A DNA stretch of 55,234 nucleotides from an uncultured Lachnospiraceae bacterium (GTDB taxonomy: Bacteria > Bacillota > Clostridia > Lachnospirales > Lachnospiraceae): contig CADCRB010000115.1 of NCBI GenBank assembly GCA_902803745.1, positions 1 through 55,234 on the forward strand. Reading direction: 5' to 3'. This document shows, one piece after another, positions 1 to 9,616 of the stretch; the first letter of the stretch is position 1; each line of letters begins with the position of its first letter. The notes under the pieces are model-generated. The model did not search any database and had not been told where the DNA came from. It worked only from the letters and a program-made list of their open reading frames with translations. The translations under genes were made by a program, and so were the position numbers.

Positions 1-1215
1 AAGCTGGGAAAGAATCTGGCCGGGACTTCCGGTGATGATATAGATGCACGTGGACTTACAGTATCCCCAGGATTTGTAGATGTCCATTCGCATTTCAGGG
101 ATCCGGGGCAGACAGAAAAGGAGACGCTTCATACAGGCGCGCTCGCTGCGGCGGCGGGAGGATATACTTCTGTAATATGCATGGCAAATACCACCCCTGC
201 CGTGGACAGCATAGAAGTCCTGGATGATATATTAAAAAGGGCGAGTAAGGAGAAAATAAAAATATATCAGGCTGCTTCATTGACCATAGGCCGGGAAGGC
301 AGATGCCTTACAGATATGGCAGGACTTTTCAGGGCCGGGGCAGCAGGGTTTACCGATGATGGGTCTCCTGTTGTAAATGCCGGGCTTGTAAAAAAAGCTA
401 TGGAAGAAGCCGCCGGTCTGGGAGCGGTGATAAGTTTCCATGAGGAGGATCCCCAATATGTATGGGAGGCTGGCATTAATAGTGGTAGTGTGGCTAAATC
501 ATTGGGGCTAAAGGGTGCTGACCGGAAAGCTGAATACATAATGACAGAACGTGATCTGAAAATGGCGCTGGAAGCAGGATCCAGGACAGATATTCAGCAC
601 ATCTCAGCAAAAGAGACTGTGGATATTATAAGAAGATACAAGGGCAGGGACAGCAAAGGGCTGATACACGCGGAGGTGACACCCCATCATTTTTCTCTCA
701 CGGAAGACGCTGTTACCAGGTATGGAAGCCTTGCAAAAGTCAATCCTCCGCTGCGTACTGAGGAAGACCGGCAGGCAATTATAGCTGGTATCGTTGATGG
801 TACTATTGATCTGATCGCCACAGATCATGCCCCTCATACAGATTATGAAAAAGGAAAAGGGCTAAGGGAAGCGCCATCTGGTATGACAGGTCTTGAGACA
901 GCTTTTGCACTTGGGATTACTGAGCTCGTGGATAAAGGCTATATTTCACTGACCCGTCTTATAGAGCTTATGAGTGTGAATCCTGCAAAACTCTATGGAA
1001 TAAAAGCCGGTAATCTGAGTGTCGGGAATCCGGCAGATATAACTATATTTGATCCTAAAGCTGTCTGGACCGTAAAAAAGGGAGAGATGCACTCTCGTTC
1101 AGAAAACACCCCGTTTATCAATATGACCCTTCACGGAAAGATAATGTATACGATAGCTGATGGGAAAAAGATATATTCTGCAGAAGAGCACACATATCCG
1201 GAGAGAAATTCATGA
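1..1215 (+). CDS. pyrC: dihydroorotase (5' end outside window)
   Basis: Frame is open from base 1 (...PGFVDVHSHFRDPGQTEKET...); metal-binding HxH, KVNPPLR and IATDHAPH motifs; followed by pyrK/pyrD. Confidence 0.95.
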   Translation, partial: KLGKNLAGTSGDDIDARGLTVSPGFVDVHSHFRDPGQTEKETLHTGALAAAAGGYTSVICMANTTPAVDSIEVLDDILKRASKEKIKIYQAASLTIGREGRCLTDMAGLFRAGAAGFTDDGSPVVNAGLVKKAMEEAAGLGAVISFHEEDPQYVWEAGINSGSVAKSLGLKGADRKAEYIMTERDLKMALEAGSRTDIQHISAKETVDIIRRYKGRDSKGLIHAEVTPHHFSLTEDAVTRYGSLAKVNPPLRTEEDRQAIIAGIVDGTIDLIATDHAPHTDYEKGKGLREAPSGMTGLETAFALGITELVDKGYISLTRLIELMSVNPAKLYGIKAGNLSVGNPADITIFDPKAVWTVKKGEMHSRSENTPFINMTLHGKIMYTIADGKKIYSAEEHTYPERNS

Positions 1216-2018
1216 CAGATGAGCTCATACTTAGAAAAAAAGCGAAGATAAAGAGAAAAACTCTTTTAGCTCCGGATATATACAGGATCACGTTTGAAAC
1301 AGATATATGCAGGGGGGCAAAACCGGGACAGTTTGTTTTGGTATATCCGAAGGATGGATCAAAACTCCTTGGACGACCATTTTGCATAGCAGATACGACA
1401 GCTGAGTATATGGACATAGTATTCCGTGTCGTCGGGGAAGGTACCCGGGAGATATCATCCTGTACGGCAGGGGATATGCTTGAAATAGAAGGACCACTGG
1501 GCAGGGGATATCCATTTGATAATGATAAGATTTCGGGCAGGACGATCGCTCTTCTTGGGGGTGGTCTGGGAGCCCCATCCCTGTTGTTTCTTGCCAGAGA
1601 GTTGGCTGAGGCAGGTTCTGCAGCAGAGACTGCAGCTTACTTAGGATACAGAGATAAGGGCTTCAAGTGTTTTCTGGCTGATGATTTCAGAGCATATTGT
1701 ATGGATACGGTCATAGCAACAGATGACGGCTCTGAGGGAATACGTGGCAATGTTCTTGAAGCCCTGGAAGAATCTGGGAAGAATCCTGAACTTATATATG
1801 CCTGCGGACCGCTGCCTATGCTAAAAGCTGTAAAAGAATATGCTCAAAAAAGAGGCTCTGAAGCATATATAAGCCTGGAGGAACATATGGCGTGCGGTTT
1901 GGGAGTATGCCTTGGATGTGTGGTAAAGACCGTTTTGAGGGATGAACATAGCAGGGTAAATAACGCGAGAATATGTACGGAAGGCCCGGTGTTTTCTGCG
2001 GAAGAGGTGGATATATGA
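1212..2018 (+). CDS. pyrK: dihydroorotate dehydrogenase B electron transfer subunit
   Basis: PGQFV, RPF, GGGLG, ACGP and EEHMACGLGVCLGC...C [2Fe-2S] motifs; overlaps pyrC stop (ATGA). Confidence 0.93.
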   Translation: MTDELILRKKAKIKRKTLLAPDIYRITFETDICRGAKPGQFVLVYPKDGSKLLGRPFCIADTTAEYMDIVFRVVGEGTREISSCTAGDMLEIEGPLGRGYPFDNDKISGRTIALLGGGLGAPSLLFLARELAEAGSAAETAAYLGYRDKGFKCFLADDFRAYCMDTVIATDDGSEGIRGNVLEALEESGKNPELIYACGPLPMLKAVKEYAQKRGSEAYISLEEHMACGLGVCLGCVVKTVLRDEHSRVNNARICTEGPVFSAEEVDI

Positions 2019-2929
2019 ATAAGCCGGATCTGACAGTAGAGTTTGCTGGATTACAATTCAGAAATCCGGTGACAGTGGCTTCTGGAACCTTCGGATCGGG
2101 AATAGAGTATTCCAGGCTCACAGATATTGAAAGACTCGGAGCGATAACGACGAAAGGCGTATCATACGAGCCCTGGGAGGGGAATCCCACCCCCAGAATT
2201 GCTGAAACACCCTCAGGCATGATGAATGCCATCGGATTGCAGAATCCGGGAGTAGATGTTTTTTCAGAGCGGGATCTGGGATTTTTGGAAAAATTTGATG
2301 TTCCCGTGATAGTGAATATATGTGGGCATAGCGTGGAGGAATATGAGGCAGTATTGGAAAAGCTGTCTGATGACGACAGAGTTTCCATGTTTGAGATAAA
2401 CGTGTCCTGTCCGAATGTAAAACAGGGTGCTATACAGTTCGGGACAAATTCCGGAATGCTTAAGGATATAACAAGGAAATGTAAAGCCAGAGCTGGAGAT
2501 AAACCTGTGATCATGAAGCTTACTCCGAATGTTACAAGCATAGCGGATATGGCGCGGGCCGCGGAAGACGGAGGAGCAGATGGAATCTCACTCATCAATA
2601 CTTTTACTGCAATGAAGATTGATATTTATAGAAAGAAATTTGTTCTGGCAAATAAAACGGGAGGTCTTTCCGGACCGGCAATTCACCCGATCGCCGTTCG
2701 GATGGTATATGAAGCGAGTCATGCAGTAAAAATACCTGTCATTGGAATGGGCGGTGTAGCGACATTTGAGGATGTAGTGGAAATGATGATGGCGGGAGCT
2801 ACGATGGTAGCCGTTGGTATGATGAACTTTGCTAAACCCGATGTAACGGTAAAGATAATTGATGGATTGAGAGAGTATATGAATGAAACCGGAACGGGGC
2901 GTATAAGGGATATAATCGGGATACTGTGA
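2015..2929 (+). CDS. pyrD: dihydroorotate dehydrogenase (family 1B) catalytic subunit
   Basis: NAIGLQNPG, EINVSCPNV, KLTPN and GGLSGPAI motifs; start chosen at ATG 2015 after GAGG, overlapping the pyrK stop. Confidence 0.95.
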   Translation: MNKPDLTVEFAGLQFRNPVTVASGTFGSGIEYSRLTDIERLGAITTKGVSYEPWEGNPTPRIAETPSGMMNAIGLQNPGVDVFSERDLGFLEKFDVPVIVNICGHSVEEYEAVLEKLSDDDRVSMFEINVSCPNVKQGAIQFGTNSGMLKDITRKCKARAGDKPVIMKLTPNVTSIADMARAAEDGGADGISLINTFTAMKIDIYRKKFVLANKTGGLSGPAIHPIAVRMVYEASHAVKIPVIGMGGVATFEDVVEMMMAGATMVAVGMMNFAKPDVTVKIIDGLREYMNETGTGRIRDIIGIL

Positions 2930-3435
2930 TGCATAGGAAAGCTGTTCTGCGACTTACTACATCGGCGATGCTGCTGGCTATTTCCGTGATACTCGGGTTC
3001 TTCAAGATACCGATATCCCAGGTGTCAGAGATCAGACTTCAATTCCTTCCCGTGGCAGCGGAGGGTATACTTTTCGGACCATTGTACGGCGGTATACTTG
3101 GAGGAATGTCAGATATCCTATGTTATATTGTAAGACCGACTGGGGCTTTTTTCCCAGGGTTTACTGTTTCGGCAATAATACAGGGAATTATATATGGCCT
3201 TATACTTCGGAAGGACCAAAGCCTTGGACGGATAATTACCGCTTCCGCTATAGATACGGTTATAGTATCGCTGATACTAAATCCGATATGGCTTATGATC
3301 CTTTATGGCAACAGCTTCATTGTAGTATTTGCCGGACGTATCATAAAGGTTTTGGTAATGTTTCCTATAAATACTGTTCTGATCATAGTAATATCCAAAC
3401 TTATTTCACGTCCTTCTGTTCGGGAGCATCTTTGA
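2929..3435 (+). CDS. folT: folate-family ECF transporter S component
   Basis: ~170 aa with about 6 hydrophobic segments, LFGP...G...DI and FFPGFT motifs; directly upstream of folC. Confidence 0.8.
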   Translation: MHRKAVLRLTTSAMLLAISVILGFFKIPISQVSEIRLQFLPVAAEGILFGPLYGGILGGMSDILCYIVRPTGAFFPGFTVSAIIQGIIYGLILRKDQSLGRIITASAIDTVIVSLILNPIWLMILYGNSFIVVFAGRIIKVLVMFPINTVLIIVISKLISRPSVREHL

Positions 3436-4776
3436 ATGAATTACGAGGAAGCTATAGCATATATAAAGGAAACCGCGGCTTTCGGTACAAATCTTGGACT
3501 CGATAATATCAGATCTCTTATGTCTCTTCTTGATAATCCTCAGGAAAAGCTGAAATTCATACATATTGCCGGTACAAATGGAAAGGGGAGCGTGGCGGCA
3601 TACATTCTTTCAGTATTGGAACAGGCTGGGTTAAGGACGGGCTTTTATACATCTCCTGAGCTGTACAGGTTTTCTGAGAGGATCAGAATAAACGAAGAGG
3701 AAATTTCAAAGGATGATATTGCGAAATATGTAAATAAAGTGCATAGTGCTGCTGAATATATGACGGCTCACAATATGGGAAGTCCTTCTGAGTTTGAGCT
3801 GGTACTGGCTATGGCATTTTGTTATTTTCTTGATAAAAAGGTGGATATAGTTGTTCTGGAGGTCGGACTTGGAGGCAGACTTGACGCAACAAATGTGATA
3901 AGATCATCTATCCTCTCTGTGATAACCAAAATAAGTTTTGATCATATGCAATATCTGGGAAATACTCTTTCGGAAATTGCATCTGAAAAGGCGGCAATAA
4001 TTAAAGAACACGGGACAGTGATCGTATACCCCTCAGACGAAGAGATCACTGAGATTTACAGGAAAATATGCAGAAAAAAAAAGGCCCGGTTTTATGAGGC
4101 TGCTCTACCGTCTTCAAGGAGTATGATGACGGGAGAAAAGGGTTCTTTCTGTTCAGGTCAGGAATTCACGCTCTGTGGGAAGAACTACATAACCGGTATG
4201 ATTGGAGCTTACGAGACCGAAAATGCAGCACTTGCGATACAGGCGATGTGGTTGATCAAGAATTCTCCTGAGATGAAAGACTATATTATTACAGATGAAA
4301 ATATATATGAAGGGATAAGAGATGCGTTTTGGCCCGGAAGGTTTGAGATCATGTCTGATGATCCTTTGATAATTTTGGACGGGGCACATAATGAAGACGG
4401 TGCGAAGGCCCTTGCTTCATCAATAAAAGAATATCTTATGGGCAGGCGGATAGTTTTATGTATAGGAATATTAAAGGATAAGCAGTATGATAAAATGCTG
4501 GCAGAACTGCTGCCCTTTGCAGAAACCGTTATAGCTTGTAAAGTCCCAAACCCCAGAAGCCTTAAGGCTGATGATCTGTCGGATATGATCCGTAGGGGGG
4601 AGCCTGGGATCAGAATCGAAACTGCGGAAAATCCGGAGCAGGCATTGGCAGAAATAAAAAAGCTGCAGTCTGACACTGCAGCCATTATTATCTGTGGAAG
4701 TCTTTATCTTGTGGGCCCTATGCGAGAATTGATCATCAAGGACAAATTAAAAATCAGGACTAAGAGTTCATCTTAA
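3436..4776 (+). CDS. folC: bifunctional folylpolyglutamate synthase/dihydrofolate synthase
   Basis: IHIAGTNGKGS P-loop, EVGLGGRLDATN, WPGRFE, DGAHN and GSLYLVG motifs. Confidence 0.96.
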   Translation: MNYEEAIAYIKETAAFGTNLGLDNIRSLMSLLDNPQEKLKFIHIAGTNGKGSVAAYILSVLEQAGLRTGFYTSPELYRFSERIRINEEEISKDDIAKYVNKVHSAAEYMTAHNMGSPSEFELVLAMAFCYFLDKKVDIVVLEVGLGGRLDATNVIRSSILSVITKISFDHMQYLGNTLSEIASEKAAIIKEHGTVIVYPSDEEITEIYRKICRKKKARFYEAALPSSRSMMTGEKGSFCSGQEFTLCGKNYITGMIGAYETENAALAIQAMWLIKNSPEMKDYIITDENIYEGIRDAFWPGRFEIMSDDPLIILDGAHNEDGAKALASSIKEYLMGRRIVLCIGILKDKQYDKMLAELLPFAETVIACKVPNPRSLKADDLSDMIRRGEPGIRIETAENPEQALAEIKKLQSDTAAIIICGSLYLVGPMRELIIKDKLKIRTKSSS

Positions 4777-5266
4777 CAAAGAGCATTTCCGCTTCAGAAT
4801 TTCCTATTTTAACAGGGATATGAAGTATGGAAGAAGGCTTCAACACTTTGGCAGCCTCCGTTTCTTCAAGAAAAAGCTGTGGCTCCATATCGAGCATCAT
4901 GTCAGATTTTGAAGAAGCAATAACATACTCTCCGTTTATCCTGTTAATAAACTCCCCAGTAGCATCACGGATAAACTCTATATCATTCTCGAATTCGTCC
5001 CCGGCAAACCCCTTTGCTATGGCTGTCAAGCCCTCATGAAGATCTACAAAGCCAAGGTAATACGGACTGCTGCCGGTTAGCTTTTGATAAAGCCCGGAAG
5101 AAATACCGTCACTTCCAATGGAGGAATATGACTCACCTACCCATATCGAGGTATGGATATTTTCCGTCATAAAGTGAAGAGCATAAAGTGCGTGACGCTC
5201 AAACTCGGATTCTCCAATGCATTTTTCGGTAATATCCCTAACGTTGTCTTTATTAAGTGCATACAT
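4760..5266 (-). CDS. hypothetical protein, CheX/CheC-like phosphatase fold suspected
   Basis: 168-aa ORF with DATGEFINRING, resembling the CheC/CheX ExxN motif; has its own promoter; overlaps the folC 3' end by 17 nt. Confidence 0.55.
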   Translation of the reverse strand: MYALNKDNVRDITEKCIGESEFERHALYALHFMTENIHTSIWVGESYSSIGSDGISSGLYQKLTGSSPYYLGFVDLHEGLTAIAKGFAGDEFENDIEFIRDATGEFINRINGEYVIASSKSDMMLDMEPQLFLEETEAAKVLKPSSILHIPVKIGNSEAEMLFVKMNS

Positions 5267-5272
5267 ATTAGT

Positions 5273-5301
5273 ATTCTATACAGATATGGATAATAACGCA
5301 A
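5273..5301 (-). promoter_or_regulatory. sigma-A-type promoter, probably leaderless transcript
   Basis: TTGCGT (5301-5296) - 17 nt - TAGAAT (5278-5273), then 6 nt to ATG 5266; no SD. Confidence 0.6.
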
Positions 5302-5381
5302 GATTTTTCTGCATCTTGCATATTAGTTAAACCTGTGATATCGTTAACATAACTATTTTGTTTTTGGCTGATAGATTGACA

Positions 5382-5723
5382 ATGCAGAATAATAAGGGCA
5401 AAAAATCAAACCGGCACAGGGCGGCAATGTATAGAAGAGTCAGACACAGTAGACTCTCTGTTTTTGCTATTACGATAATAGTATGCCTCCTTCTTATCGT
5501 CATCAGTGTGGACAGCAAATCCCTTATGGAAAAACAAAGAAGCTTGAAAGAGCGGGAAGCACAGCTTACATCCCAACTTGAATCCGAACAAAATCGGACC
5601 GAGGAACTGGTGGAATTTGAAAAATATACAAGGACAAAAAAGTATGCGGAGGAAATGGCCAAAAAGAAACTGGGACTCGTTCATGATAACGAGATAGTAT
5701 TTAAGACTGAAGATGGAAAATGA
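5382..5723 (+). CDS. divIC: septum formation initiator (FtsB/DivIC family)
   Basis: Basic N-terminus, one TM helix, coiled coil, YAEEMAKKKLGLV..EIVF motif; position before tilS-hpt-ftsH; start uncertain. Confidence 0.8.
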   Translation: MQNNKGKKSNRHRAAMYRRVRHSRLSVFAITIIVCLLLIVISVDSKSLMEKQRSLKEREAQLTSQLESEQNRTEELVEFEKYTRTKKYAEEMAKKKLGLVHDNEIVFKTEDGK

Positions 5724-7068
5724 TATCACCGAACGGGTCAGGGATTATATCTGCCGTAGAAAACTGATAGATAAGGGACACAGTGTGTGCGTAGCAGTAT
5801 CGGGGGGCGCTGACAGCATGTGTCTCCTTTTTTTGCTGTGGGATCTGAGAAAAAGTCTGGATATAACCTTGTCGGCCGTTCATGTGGAGCATGGTATAAG
5901 AGGCAGGACTTCACTTGAAGATATGGCCTATGTAACCACTCAATGCGAAAAGCTTGGAGTACCGCTTAAGAAAGCACGTGTGAATGCCTGCGCAGTTGCT
6001 AACATGACAGGCACTACCCTGGAAGAAGCTGCAAGAAATGAAAGATATCGTATATTTGAAGGAATTGACAGCGACAGGATAGCACTTGCACATCATATGA
6101 ATGATCAGGCAGAGACATTTATATTTAACACCGTCAGAGGTTCAGGCATAAGAGGCCTTAAGGGAATGTCGGCAATCCGAGAGAGATATGTCAGGCCGCT
6201 TCTTTGTGTCACCAGAATAGAGATCGAGGAATACTGTCGCAATAAGGGGATTGAATACAGAGTAGATGAGACTAATTCGGATGTGAGGCTGGCAAGAAAT
6301 CGAATAAGACTTGAAGTTATGCCATTGCTTTTAGAAATAAACGCGGGGGCTGTACGTCATATTAATGAGACGATGGCTGATATAGCGGATGCAGAAGATT
6401 ATATTGAATCCGTTCTGAAGGAAGCATTTGACAATTGTATATTGCCTGAAATGATCGGAAAGCGACGGGATATCATCATAGATATTGATGCACTCGAGAC
6501 CCTGCATCCGTTTATAGCGTCATATGTTGTCAGAGAGGCATTAATAAGAACGTCGGGACGCTCAAAAGATATAAGCAGGCGTCACATAGATTCAGTCTTA
6601 AGTTTGGCTAAAGGCCAATCCGGACGACACGCAGATCTTATATACGGAATAAAAGCATATAAGGAATTCAGGAGGTTGATACTAAGAGGTCCCGGAGAAT
6701 ATGAGATTTCTGAGGATGATCTAAGCCCGGTATATACGGTTCTTCAAAAAAGTGAAGTATCTATGGATCAGATCATCTCATCCGGAAACTACACTAAATA
6801 CATAGATTATGCTACAATAGGTGACACGTCTTATCTTTCGGTCAGGCACAGACAGCAGGGAGATCTTATTTCCATAAAAGGCGGGAGAAAGAGGCTTAAA
6901 GAGTTACTGATAGAAGAAAAGATACCTGTGGAAAACAGAGACAGGATGTATTTAATTGCCATTGGATCAGAGATAGTATGGATACCTGAGTTAGGGCGTA
7001 TAGGGGAGAGATTTAAAGTTAAGGATAATACAGAGAGAATTCTCAGGATGGAGATAAAAAATGACTGA
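5713..7068 (+). CDS. tilS: tRNA(Ile)-lysidine synthetase
   Basis: SGGADS PP-loop, AHHMNDQAET, RPLL and RNRIR motifs; synteny with hpt-ftsH. Confidence 0.95.
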   Translation: MENDITERVRDYICRRKLIDKGHSVCVAVSGGADSMCLLFLLWDLRKSLDITLSAVHVEHGIRGRTSLEDMAYVTTQCEKLGVPLKKARVNACAVANMTGTTLEEAARNERYRIFEGIDSDRIALAHHMNDQAETFIFNTVRGSGIRGLKGMSAIRERYVRPLLCVTRIEIEEYCRNKGIEYRVDETNSDVRLARNRIRLEVMPLLLEINAGAVRHINETMADIADAEDYIESVLKEAFDNCILPEMIGKRRDIIIDIDALETLHPFIASYVVREALIRTSGRSKDISRRHIDSVLSLAKGQSGRHADLIYGIKAYKEFRRLILRGPGEYEISEDDLSPVYTVLQKSEVSMDQIISSGNYTKYIDYATIGDTSYLSVRHRQQGDLISIKGGRKRLKELLIEEKIPVENRDRMYLIAIGSEIVWIPELGRIGERFKVKDNTERILRMEIKND

Positions 7069-7588
7069 CAAAATCGATGTGGTGTATACCGAAGACGAAA
7101 TAGACAAAAGGATAGCAGAGCTGGGCGCACAGATAACCAGGGATTATAAGGGTAAGGAAATAACTATGGTATGTATCCTGAAGGGTGCAGCGTCTTTTGC
7201 CTGTGAACTGGCAAAGCGAATAGATCTTCCTATGGAGATGGAATATATGCGCTGTTCGAGCTATGGAAATGAGACGGAGAGCTCCGGGGTGGTTAAGATT
7301 GACCTGGATCTTGACCATCCGATAAGAGGCAAACATATCCTTGTAGTTGAGGATATAATAGATACAGGCCGTACTATGAGTTATCTGCTGGATATCCTGA
7401 AGGATAGGGGGCCTGCCGATGTAAAGCTTTGTTCTTTGCTGGATAAGCCTGACAGAAGAGTTGTAGATGTAACCATTGATTACACGGGGTTTGTCATCCC
7501 GGATGAGTTTATTGCAGGCTATGGACTTGACTACGCCCAAAAATACAGGAATCTGCCATATATCGGTGTTATAGACCCGGAGGTATAA
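7061..7588 (+). CDS. hpt: hypoxanthine phosphoribosyltransferase
   Basis: VEDIIDTGRT PRPP motif, GYGLDY..YRNLP. Confidence 0.97.
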   Translation: MTDKIDVVYTEDEIDKRIAELGAQITRDYKGKEITMVCILKGAASFACELAKRIDLPMEMEYMRCSSYGNETESSGVVKIDLDLDHPIRGKHILVVEDIIDTGRTMSYLLDILKDRGPADVKLCSLLDKPDRRVVDVTIDYTGFVIPDEFIAGYGLDYAQKYRNLPYIGVIDPEV

Positions 7589-7591
7589 GTT

Positions 7592-9412
7592 TTGAGATCA
7601 TCAAACAGAGGTATAGGGATATATTTTCTTATTGTTGCAGCGGTTCTTCTGCTGATCACATTTATGTCAGGAAATATGGAGCCCAAAGATACCTACAATT
7701 ACAAAGCATTTTTGGAAGATCTTAAGGAGAATAATGTAAGTGCTGTTCTTTTGTCCCCCAATGCAGAAACTCCGACCGGTGATATCACGGTAACGTTAAA
7801 AGGCGGTACGGTACACAAACTGTATGTGGCTGATATTACCGAAGCGGAGCATGATATGAAGGATCTCTTTCCCGGCTATGATGAGGATGAAGTAAAAAAA
7901 GAGAACATGCTTTTTACCTACGGGATACCGATTATCCTCTCTGTAGCTGTAGTCATGATTATAATGGCTATGATGAATTCACAAGGTGCTGCGGCAGCAG
8001 GTGGCAATCGGATGATGAGCTTCGGAAAGAGTGGAGCGCGTATGGTGACACCCGGTCAGACACAGATTTCTTTTAAGGACGTGGCTGGACTTGTAGAAGA
8101 AAAGGAAGATCTGGAAGAGATTGTGGATTTTCTTAAAGATCCCGGGAAATACACATCTGTGGGAGCCAGGATTCCTAAAGGAGTGATTTTGGTTGGGCCT
8201 CCCGGTACTGGAAAAACACTTCTTGCAAAAGCTGTTGCCGGTGAAGCCGGAGTACCGTTCTTTTCGATATCAGGCTCTGATTTTGTAGAGATGTTTGTAG
8301 GTGTAGGTGCATCGAGAGTTAGAGATCTTTTTTCGGAAGCCAAGAAGAATTCACCATGCATAGTCTTTATTGACGAGATAGATGCCGTTGCCCGAAGAAG
8401 AGGAACTGGTCTCGGCGGAGGACATGATGAAAGGGAGCAGACATTAAATCAGCTTCTTGTTGAAATGGATGGGTTCGGAGTAAATGAAGGAATTATAGTT
8501 ATGGCTGCAACGAACCGGGTGGATATATTGGATCCAGCCATAATGCGGCCTGGTCGTTTTGACCGTAAAGTCGGAGTTGGATCACCTGATGTCAGAGGCA
8601 GAGAAGATATATTAAAGGTCCATGCCAGAAACAAACCGTTGGGGGACGATGTTGACCTTAATCAGATTGCCAAAACTACAGCGGGATTTACCGGAGCGGA
8701 TCTGGAAAACCTGCTTAATGAGGCAGCAATAAAGACCGCTAAGGAAAACCGGTCTTATATTACTCAACAGGATATTAAAGCGTCTTTTGTTAAGGTAGGT
8801 ATTGGAAGCGAAAAGAGAAGTAAGATTATCTCAGATGAAGAAAAACGGATAACCGCGTATCATGAGGCAGGGCATGCAATATTATTTCACGTACTCCCTG
8901 GAGTGGGACCTGTTTACAGTATATCGATTATTCCCACAGGTATGGGGGCAGCGGGATACACTATGCCTCTTCCTGAGAAGGATGAGATGTTCCGTACCAA
9001 ATCCAAGATGATGAATCAGATAGTTGTTGATCTTGGCGGAAGAGTTGCTGAAGAGCTTATTTTCGGACAGGATGACGTAACAACAGGTGCATCACAGGAT
9101 TTCAAGCAGGCAACGAAGCTCGCAAGACGAATGGTTACCACATACGGAATGAGTGATAAAATAGGGGTTATGAGTTATAACGAAGATGAGGATGAAGTCT
9201 TTATTGGCCGGGATCTCGCACATGGAAGAAGTATGTCAGAGGAAACTCTCAGGGAGATCGATATGGAAGTCAAGAGTATAATAAATGAGTGTCATGAAAA
9301 AGCAAAGGCTATTATCAGGGAGCATAGGGATATATTGGACCGTACAGCGGATCTCCTGCTGATGAAGGAGAAAATAGATATGGATGAGTTCAATTCGCTT
9401 TGGGAGGGGTGA
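7592..9412 (+). CDS. ftsH: ATP-dependent zinc metalloprotease FtsH
   Basis: Two TM helices, GPPGTGKT Walker A, FIDEID Walker B, RPGRFDR, HEAGH zinc motif; TTG start after GGAGG. Confidence 0.98.
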   Translation: MRSSNRGIGIYFLIVAAVLLLITFMSGNMEPKDTYNYKAFLEDLKENNVSAVLLSPNAETPTGDITVTLKGGTVHKLYVADITEAEHDMKDLFPGYDEDEVKKENMLFTYGIPIILSVAVVMIIMAMMNSQGAAAAGGNRMMSFGKSGARMVTPGQTQISFKDVAGLVEEKEDLEEIVDFLKDPGKYTSVGARIPKGVILVGPPGTGKTLLAKAVAGEAGVPFFSISGSDFVEMFVGVGASRVRDLFSEAKKNSPCIVFIDEIDAVARRRGTGLGGGHDEREQTLNQLLVEMDGFGVNEGIIVMAATNRVDILDPAIMRPGRFDRKVGVGSPDVRGREDILKVHARNKPLGDDVDLNQIAKTTAGFTGADLENLLNEAAIKTAKENRSYITQQDIKASFVKVGIGSEKRSKIISDEEKRITAYHEAGHAILFHVLPGVGPVYSISIIPTGMGAAGYTMPLPEKDEMFRTKSKMMNQIVVDLGGRVAEELIFGQDDVTTGASQDFKQATKLARRMVTTYGMSDKIGVMSYNEDEDEVFIGRDLAHGRSMSEETLREIDMEVKSIINECHEKAKAIIREHRDILDRTADLLLMKEKIDMDEFNSLWEG

Positions 9413-9473
9413 TTTTAAAGCGTTTTGTACAAAAATCGACCGCGTTTTTAATAAACCTTGTGAAAAATGCGAA

Positions 9474-9502
9474 TTGTTGTCATTTTGTTCGGATGCTATA
9501 TT
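9474..9502 (+). promoter_or_regulatory. sigma-A-type promoter with extended -10, no downstream CDS
   Basis: TTGTTG (9474-9479) - 17 nt - TATATT (9497-9502) preceded by TG. Confidence 0.55.
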
Positions 9503-9508
9503 ATATGC

Positions 9509-9603
9509 GTACCCCCAATACATGATGCCGTTTGAGAAAACGGCACCCCATAAGAAAGAAATACCTTCTCCTGAAATCCCCAACCGGACGGTTGGGGATT
9601 TCA
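9509..9603 (+). ncRNA. candidate small RNA (~95 nt) with C-rich single-stranded motifs
   Basis: Promoter upstream; ACCCCCAAUAC, 8-bp stem with GAGA tetraloop (9526-9545), CCCCAUA, AUACCUUCUCC, then a 14-bp terminal hairpin. Confidence 0.6.
9572..9603. terminator. strong hairpin, probably bidirectional terminator
   Basis: TGAAATCCCCAACC-ggac-GGTTGGGGATTTCA between convergent transcription units; U-tracts weak. Confidence 0.7.
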
Positions 9604-9616
9604 ACGTATATGTCTT

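Noticed and set aside
1816-2598. 260-aa minus-strand ORF
   Set aside because: Antisense shadow of pyrK/pyrD with no recognisable motifs
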